The position numbers were made by a program, and so were the translations under genes. A stretch of DNA of 64,000 nt, from IMG/VR virus record IMGVR_UViG_3300023179_000012. The stretch is one strand, 5' to 3'. Each line of letters begins with the position of its first letter. The first letter of the stretch is position 1. This DNA is from a virus. A model generated the notes under the pieces. That model was given only the letters and a program-made list of their open reading frames with translations, had not been told where the DNA came from and made no database searches. Positions 59,324 through 64,000 of this stretch are shown here, piece by piece.

Positions 59324-59647
59324 TTACCCCTCCCACCCAAAGGGGGATACTTCCTCACCGCAAGCCTGAATAGCGGCATACTGTTCGATTAGAGCCTCTA
59401 CACGTTCACGCGATCCAGGTTTGCCAACCTTCACGATCATGGTATCCTCACCACCAACCATGCGAGAATCTACCTTCTCGCTCTTGCTCTTGCCGATATT
59501 CTTCAATGCGGTGCGATTGAACTTCAGCACCTTTTCGCTGCGAATCGTTCCACCATCTGCGTTAGTTTTGTCGCAAGGGATAGCGATACCAACGAAGCAC
59601 ATACGGGCAACTCGCTCAGCATCACGAACAATCTTAGGCTTTTTCAT
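59324..59647 (-). CDS. hypothetical basic protein
   Basis: 107 aa; AGGAG RBS. Confidence 0.6.
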   Translation of the reverse strand: MKKPKIVRDAERVARMCFVGIAIPCDKTNADGGTIRSEKVLKFNRTALKNIGKSKSEKVDSRMVGGEDTMIVKVGKPGSRERVEALIEQYAAIQACGEEVSPFGWEG

Positions 59648-60024
59648 TTTCTTTCTTTCTCCTTTGGATGATGGATCGTACTAAACTTTTCCCTGTGACG
59701 CAACCCCTCAAATGAGGGACGCTTCGCGCTCCTTGCGAAACTTGATGGCGTACAGTTCGTCCACAACAACGCGAACCACGGTATCCATGCTGACACTCTT
59801 GTGGGTATAGTATCCACAATGGATAGCGAACAGGCTATACGTACCGGGAACACCGGATGGTATCGACCCCACACTGTGGGGGTGAAGGGTAAAACCCGCA
59901 TTGTAAGCGTAACGGCGAATACTCTTGCGAATCGTTTCAATTTTTGGGATTCTCATCTCTATCTCTCTTTCTCTTTCCAGTATTATACCAAACTTTTTCG
60001 ACAGCACAACCCCCACAACGGGGG

Positions 60025-60201
60025 TCACCATCCGTTTCTCCGACACTCATCGGCCCAATCCCGATCCTCTTGACGGGTACGATCATTATACCCGTATCCA
60101 CCATAGGTAAGGTAGTTATCCTTCATGGCATCGTATCCATCATCCGAATCGTGAACATCGTCAAAATCTTCGTAATCGTACAGGGGGTCAGGGCAACTCA
60201 T
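60025..60201 (-). CDS. small acidic protein, paralog of 55332..55637 (58 aa)
   Basis: MSCPDPLYDYEDFDDVHDSDDGY... vs MSHPDPLFD...HSDDGY. Confidence 0.6.
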   Translation of the reverse strand: MSCPDPLYDYEDFDDVHDSDDGYDAMKDNYLTYGGYGYNDRTRQEDRDWADECRRNGW

Positions 60202-60232
60202 TTTTCACTCTCTCTTTCTTACCTCTATATAG

Positions 60233-60248
60233 TGCATGTTCTGTGCCA
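60233..60248 (-). promoter_or_regulatory. sigma54-type -24/-12 motif upstream of ORF at 60201
   Basis: TGGCACAGAACATGCA. Confidence 0.6.
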
Positions 60249-60355
60249 AAAGTCGAAAAATATTTTTGTGCGACTTTCTCGACGATTTCCGCAGGCTGTC
60301 ACCTTGGCACTATGTCATATTGGCAAAGTCTGCCATTTTTGGCTGCCGTATTGTT

Positions 60356-60371
60356 TGGCACGATATCTGCT
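60356..60371 (+). promoter_or_regulatory. sigma54-type -24/-12 motif
   Basis: TGGCACGATATCTGCT; 15 bp before E17. Confidence 0.65.
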
Positions 60372-60385
60372 GTGGTCATTTGATC

Positions 60386-60463
60386 TAAGTCGTTATGCCA
60401 CAAGTACTTACGTCGAATCCGCGGCCGCGAATTTTTCGTAAGTCCTTACGCCGTAAGGGTTTG
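60386..60463. repeat. 78-bp element E17
   Basis: TAAGTCGTT-N7-AAGTACTTA / 28 / TAAGTCCTT-N7-AAGGGTTTG. Confidence 0.9.
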
Positions 60464-61215
60464 CATCAAGTCGTTGTACAGTAGTGTACAGGCGTACACC
60501 CCACTACAGTGGGGATGCACAAGCGTACACTGAGCCGAATGGTACGTTATGCTGATTAGCATATACTGAACGAGCATCCGCCCAATCCTTAGCAAGTACC
60601 ATGCCAAGGTAGAAATCATTTTCCGAATTGTAGATATAGTAGGTTTTCATGATTAGGAGATCAGTTCCATATCCTCATTGTAGCACTCGTACTCATCTCC
60701 GTCAATCTCTACGTGCCACACATCACCCTCATCGAAATGCCAGCGAATGATTCGACCAATCTTTCCGTCAACCTTCACCTTATCACCAAGAGCAAACTGC
60801 ATTTTCTTTCTCCTTACTTCTTATATCGGTATTCTATCAAATATTTTTTAGATTATCTACCCCCTTATCGGGGGATCGTAATCAGATCACCAAAATGTGA
60901 GAACGTCAACTTGAGAACCCTATTCGGATATTTCTCATCGATATACTTCTGTGCAGTGCTTTTCCGATTATCGGTAGCACTCACACCCTGTACAACTGTA
61001 CCGTTCTCATCAATCACCTTCCAAACCTTCTTTTGAACGATACGCGGAAGGCTTTGGATGAAATCGTTGATATGAGTAACCTTTTCCATTTTTCTTTCTC
61101 TCTTTCTTTCTTCTCTTTTCTCTTGTGCTTTCATTATACAGTATATATCGGCCATTGCAAGCGAAATCTTTTGAAAAAATAAAAAATAATTCTGTGCCAA
61201 ATCAAAAAAACTTTT

Positions 61216-61231
61216 TGGTATACCGTTTGCT
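61216..61231 (+). promoter_or_regulatory. sigma54-type -24/-12 motif
   Basis: TGGTATACCGTTTGCT; 15 bp before E18. Confidence 0.65.
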
Positions 61232-61245
61232 CTCTCGATTTCTTC

Positions 61246-61323
61246 TAAACCCTTATACCACAAGCACTTACACGCTCTTCGGCGTGACAAACAAGACGTA
61301 AGTCCTTATAATATCAGCACTTA
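61246..61323. repeat. 78-bp element E18
   Basis: TAAACCCTT-N7-AAGCACTTA / 28 / TAAGTCCTT-N7-CAGCACTTA. Confidence 0.9.
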
Positions 61324-61515
61324 GAGAGAGGGGGTTTTTCTGTTTCTTCTCCAGTCTCAAAACCTCTGACCCTAAACCCGCGGTGGTCCAAACATAGTAA
61401 GCAAACCATATATAATTGGCCAGTTTAATGACAAGTTTCCCCATTATTAAATAAAAAAACAGGCACCAATTATGAGTTGATGCCCGTTTCTTTAGTATTC
61501 TACAGATTCTTTACT

Positions 61516-61740
61516 TCAAACGTCCGAAACCGACTCGACCTTTGGAGCTGATGGTCTACGACCTCTTGGCTTGGCAATTGACAACTTTCGCCTCTGACGT
61601 CTAACCATTCCCACAGTAATTTGTCGGCTACCATCAATCTTGTTTAAATAAGTGGCAATTTCCTCGTCCTTCATATTTTTGCTGTTATTAGCAATAAAGT
61701 CTGTTTCTTCTTTTGTCCACTTTTTATAAGTTTTTGACAT
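61516..61740 (-). CDS. small HTH/Myb-like DNA-binding protein
   Basis: KKWTKEETDFI...DEEIATYL...VRRQRRKL; last minus-strand gene before the strand switch. Confidence 0.55.
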   Translation of the reverse strand: MSKTYKKWTKEETDFIANNSKNMKDEEIATYLNKIDGSRQITVGMVRRQRRKLSIAKPRGRRPSAPKVESVSDV

Positions 61741-61945
61741 TTTATCCTCCTGCATAAGTTGCTTATTGTGTATCAAACATCTATAATAGTATAAATGTCA
61801 CAAAATTCTGGTCAAGGTAAACCCATGAAAAATTCTAAAAACATACATACAATATCATCAACTTTAAAAACAGTTGCTAGCGAAAACCTTGTAACAGAAG
61901 CAGAGTTACAAAACCTAGACGATAAACCGCTAGAGGAACTACTTA

Positions 61946-62596
61946 ATGAGCAAAAACAAGAAAACGCCCAAGAAAAAGACCAATTTACCCAACAACATAA
62001 CGGATGAAGAATTTATAACAGTATGGGAAAAAATTAGTAAAAAATTAGGCTATAAATTTAAGTTTGGGTATCATAGTCACGAGGATATGAAGCAACAGGC
62101 CGCCATATTCGCCTTGGAAGGACTTAAAAATTATGATAATAAAAGGCCCCTAGAAAATTTCTTATGGACCCACGTGAGAAATCGACTCTTTAATTACAAA
62201 AGAGATAACTATCAAAGGCCCGATAAACCCTGCTTCACCTGTCCTTTTTACAAACCAAATGATAGTGCTTGTTCTAGTGGTTGTTCAGAATTTAAAAACA
62301 AAAGTGATTGTGAATTATTCGCCTCATGGAGCAAACGAAACGATACCAAAAAAAATATTATGAAACCAGTTGGTATAGATAATGTTAACGAAAATAGTAC
62401 CGAAATAGTTGACTTTAATCTTCTGGACGCTATTAGTAACAAAGAAATTATTAAAATTATAGATAATAATATTAGTATTAAAAATCGCCCCATATTTCTC
62501 AAATTGCTAGGAGGCAGCAAAGTTTCTAAGCTTGAAGTTAACAAACTAGTCAAAGAAATAAAAAAAATATTAAAAGACAATGACATCAACTCCTAA
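61946..62596 (+). CDS. sigma70-family (region 2) phage sigma factor-like protein with Cys-rich insert
   Basis: HEDMKQQAAIFALEGLKNYDNKRPLENFLWTHVRNRLFNYKRD, then CFTCPFY...CSSGC...C. Confidence 0.7.
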   Translation: MSKNKKTPKKKTNLPNNITDEEFITVWEKISKKLGYKFKFGYHSHEDMKQQAAIFALEGLKNYDNKRPLENFLWTHVRNRLFNYKRDNYQRPDKPCFTCPFYKPNDSACSSGCSEFKNKSDCELFASWSKRNDTKKNIMKPVGIDNVNENSTEIVDFNLLDAISNKEIIKIIDNNISIKNRPIFLKLLGGSKVSKLEVNKLVKEIKKILKDNDINS

Positions 62597-63398
62597 AAAA
62601 CGTGGACAACTCAGCTTGGATGAAGAAAAATACATCCGAGATAATATACAAACTCTTACTGTAGAACAAATTGCCGAAAGTTTAAATCGTAATGTTGCCC
62701 CGATTAAAAGATACATTAGCGAAACCAAGAACCTAGCCCCTTCTGCTGAAGACGATCTGCTAAAGCAAAAACTATATAGTAAAACCTTTTGGTTTGAAAT
62801 TAAAAAGCAGTTTGATGAGGATAGTGGCGAATTAGAATACTTTGAAAATATATGGATAAATTTAATGAAGCAATTTCGAGAGGATGTGCTTCCTGCTGAA
62901 GAACTTCAGATCAAACAATTTATTACCATAGATATTCTTATTAATAGGAGTATGAAAGAACGAAAACGACATATTGCTGAAACTGAAAAATTACAACGAC
63001 TAGTTGATGCTGAATATGAAAAACCAGACGATCAAAGAGATGTTCCTCGATTGGCCAATCTTGAAACTCAATTAAGTTTCGCACGAAATAGTATCGCTAA
63101 TTACACTAACGAATATACCAAACTGCTTGGCGAACAACAAAAGATAAGTAAAGACTTAAAGGCTACCCGCGAACAACGTATTAAAAGAATAGAAGATGGT
63201 AAGAGTAGTTGGGTAGGATTAATTCGTATGCTTGAAGATGAGGATGTTAGAGAGAAAGAGGGTCGTGAGATGGAAATTATTCGTCTTGCCACAGACAAAG
63301 CACGAGAAAATCTAATGAGCTATCATGAATTTCAAGATGGTAAATTAGATATTCCACTATTAACCCCAGAATCAGTATTAAAAAATGAATCAACGTAA
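62580..63398 (+). CDS. hypothetical protein, N-terminal HTH plus coiled coil
   Basis: LTVEQIAESLNRNVAPIKRYI; long helical C-terminal part. Confidence 0.55.
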   Translation: MTSTPKKRGQLSLDEEKYIRDNIQTLTVEQIAESLNRNVAPIKRYISETKNLAPSAEDDLLKQKLYSKTFWFEIKKQFDEDSGELEYFENIWINLMKQFREDVLPAEELQIKQFITIDILINRSMKERKRHIAETEKLQRLVDAEYEKPDDQRDVPRLANLETQLSFARNSIANYTNEYTKLLGEQQKISKDLKATREQRIKRIEDGKSSWVGLIRMLEDEDVREKEGREMEIIRLATDKARENLMSYHEFQDGKLDIPLLTPESVLKNEST

Positions 63399-63651
63399 CT
63401 ATAACGATCCACAATATAAAAAGTGGAGAACCGATGTTTATAAAAGAGACAAATTCCAATGTCAGTGGCCAAATTGCACCTTCAAGAAAAAATTACATGC
63501 TCATCATATTTATAAATGGGCCGATTTCCCCGCTTTAAGATTCGTATTAGACAATGGCATATCTCTCTGCAAAATTCATCATGACATGATTAAAAACCAA
63601 GAAGAAATATATGCTCCAGTATTTAGTAAAATTTTAGCGAGTAAAAAATGA
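63385..63651 (+). CDS. HNH endonuclease
   Basis: WRTDVYKRDKFQCQWPNC...LHAHHI...DNGISLCKIHH. Confidence 0.85.
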   Translation: MNQRNYNDPQYKKWRTDVYKRDKFQCQWPNCTFKKKLHAHHIYKWADFPALRFVLDNGISLCKIHHDMIKNQEEIYAPVFSKILASKK

Positions 63652-64000
63652 TAGATAATGAATTTACTATTATTGTTGATACGCGAGAGCAAAAGCCTTG
63701 GAGCTTTGAGCATCATGCTAAAGCCGTTCATAAATTAGATACTGGAGACTATAGTATAGAAGGTTATCAGGATCTATTAGCCATAGAACGCAAATGTAAT
63801 GTTTCCGAATTCGCTAATAATATTACAGAAAGTCGATTTGTTGATGTTATAGAAAGACTTAGTAAAATTAAATATGCATTTATACTGTTCGAATTTGATA
63901 TGAAACACGTTATGGATTATCCTATTGGCAGCAATATACCAAAACGATTATGGGATAAAATTCGTATTAGTCCAGCTTTTCTCATTAAAAATATTGTAGA
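63648..64000 (+). CDS. ERCC4/XPF-domain nuclease (partial)
   Basis: Read by eye: IIVDTREQKP...LDTGDYSIEG...IERK. Confidence 0.85.
   Translation, partial: MIDNEFTIIVDTREQKPWSFEHHAKAVHKLDTGDYSIEGYQDLLAIERKCNVSEFANNITESRFVDVIERLSKIKYAFILFEFDMKHVMDYPIGSNIPKRLWDKIRISPAFLIKNIV

Noticed and set aside
60591-60606. Perfect sigma54 motif TGGCATGGTACTTGCT on the minus strand
   Set aside because: Falls inside a plausible 48-aa ORF (G-M-V-L-A codons) and has no fixed relation to an element; may be chance.
44317-61323. 78-bp elements as a CRISPR or mini-CRISPR array (repeat-spacer-repeat)
   Set aside because: Units are dispersed kilobases apart, repeats are degenerate, the 28-bp spacers share composition and symmetry, and no cas genes are seen.
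44317-61323. Elements as integron attC sites or Xer dif sites
   Set aside because: No RYYYAAC/GTTRRRY ends or extrahelical-base pattern, no match to the 11-6-11 dif consensus, and no integrase in the window. General site-specific recombination remains open.
1-64000. Stop-codon reassignment (alternative genetic code), as in some jumbo phages
   Set aside because: Known genes (ligase, thyX, uvsE, gmd) are full length in code 11, all three stops end genes, and no suppressor tRNA is seen.

Overview
A 64-kb piece of a large, AT-rich dsDNA (jumbo-type) phage genome. The host is probably in Planctomycetota (inference from a Tat-signal DUF1501 gene and a planctomycete-style IHF/HU gene). Positions 1-61.8 kb are coded almost entirely on the minus strand and the last 2.2 kb switch to plus. 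1-41 kb holds DNA repair and metabolism genes (HhH glycosylase, ATP-dependent ligase, UvsE, ThyX, HNH/EndoVII nucleases), RNA-related genes (tmRNA, SpoU methyltransferase, a tRNA-Ile(UAU) split by a 198-nt group I intron), auxiliary genes (AdoMetDC, Sir2, deaminase, Gmd, several glycosyltransferases) and many small hypothetical ORFs. 41.7-61.4 kb is a promoter-dense, early/host-takeover-like region of short transcription units, tRNAs and candidate ncRNAs. Its most striking feature is 18 co-oriented copies of a geometrically invariant 78-bp element: a 25-bp palindrome TAAGTCCTT-N7-AAGNACTTA, exactly 28 bp with a GC core, then a second 25-bp palindrome. The half-sites resemble the IHF consensus. 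The elements sit between gene stops and sigma70-type promoters at helically phased distances, several have sigma54-type -24/-12 motifs in a fixed register, and a phage IHF/HU gene lies inside the array. A second dispersed repeat carries a GNA-triloop hairpin on the template strand. All calls are by eye from sequence motifs; no database searches or folding programs were run.
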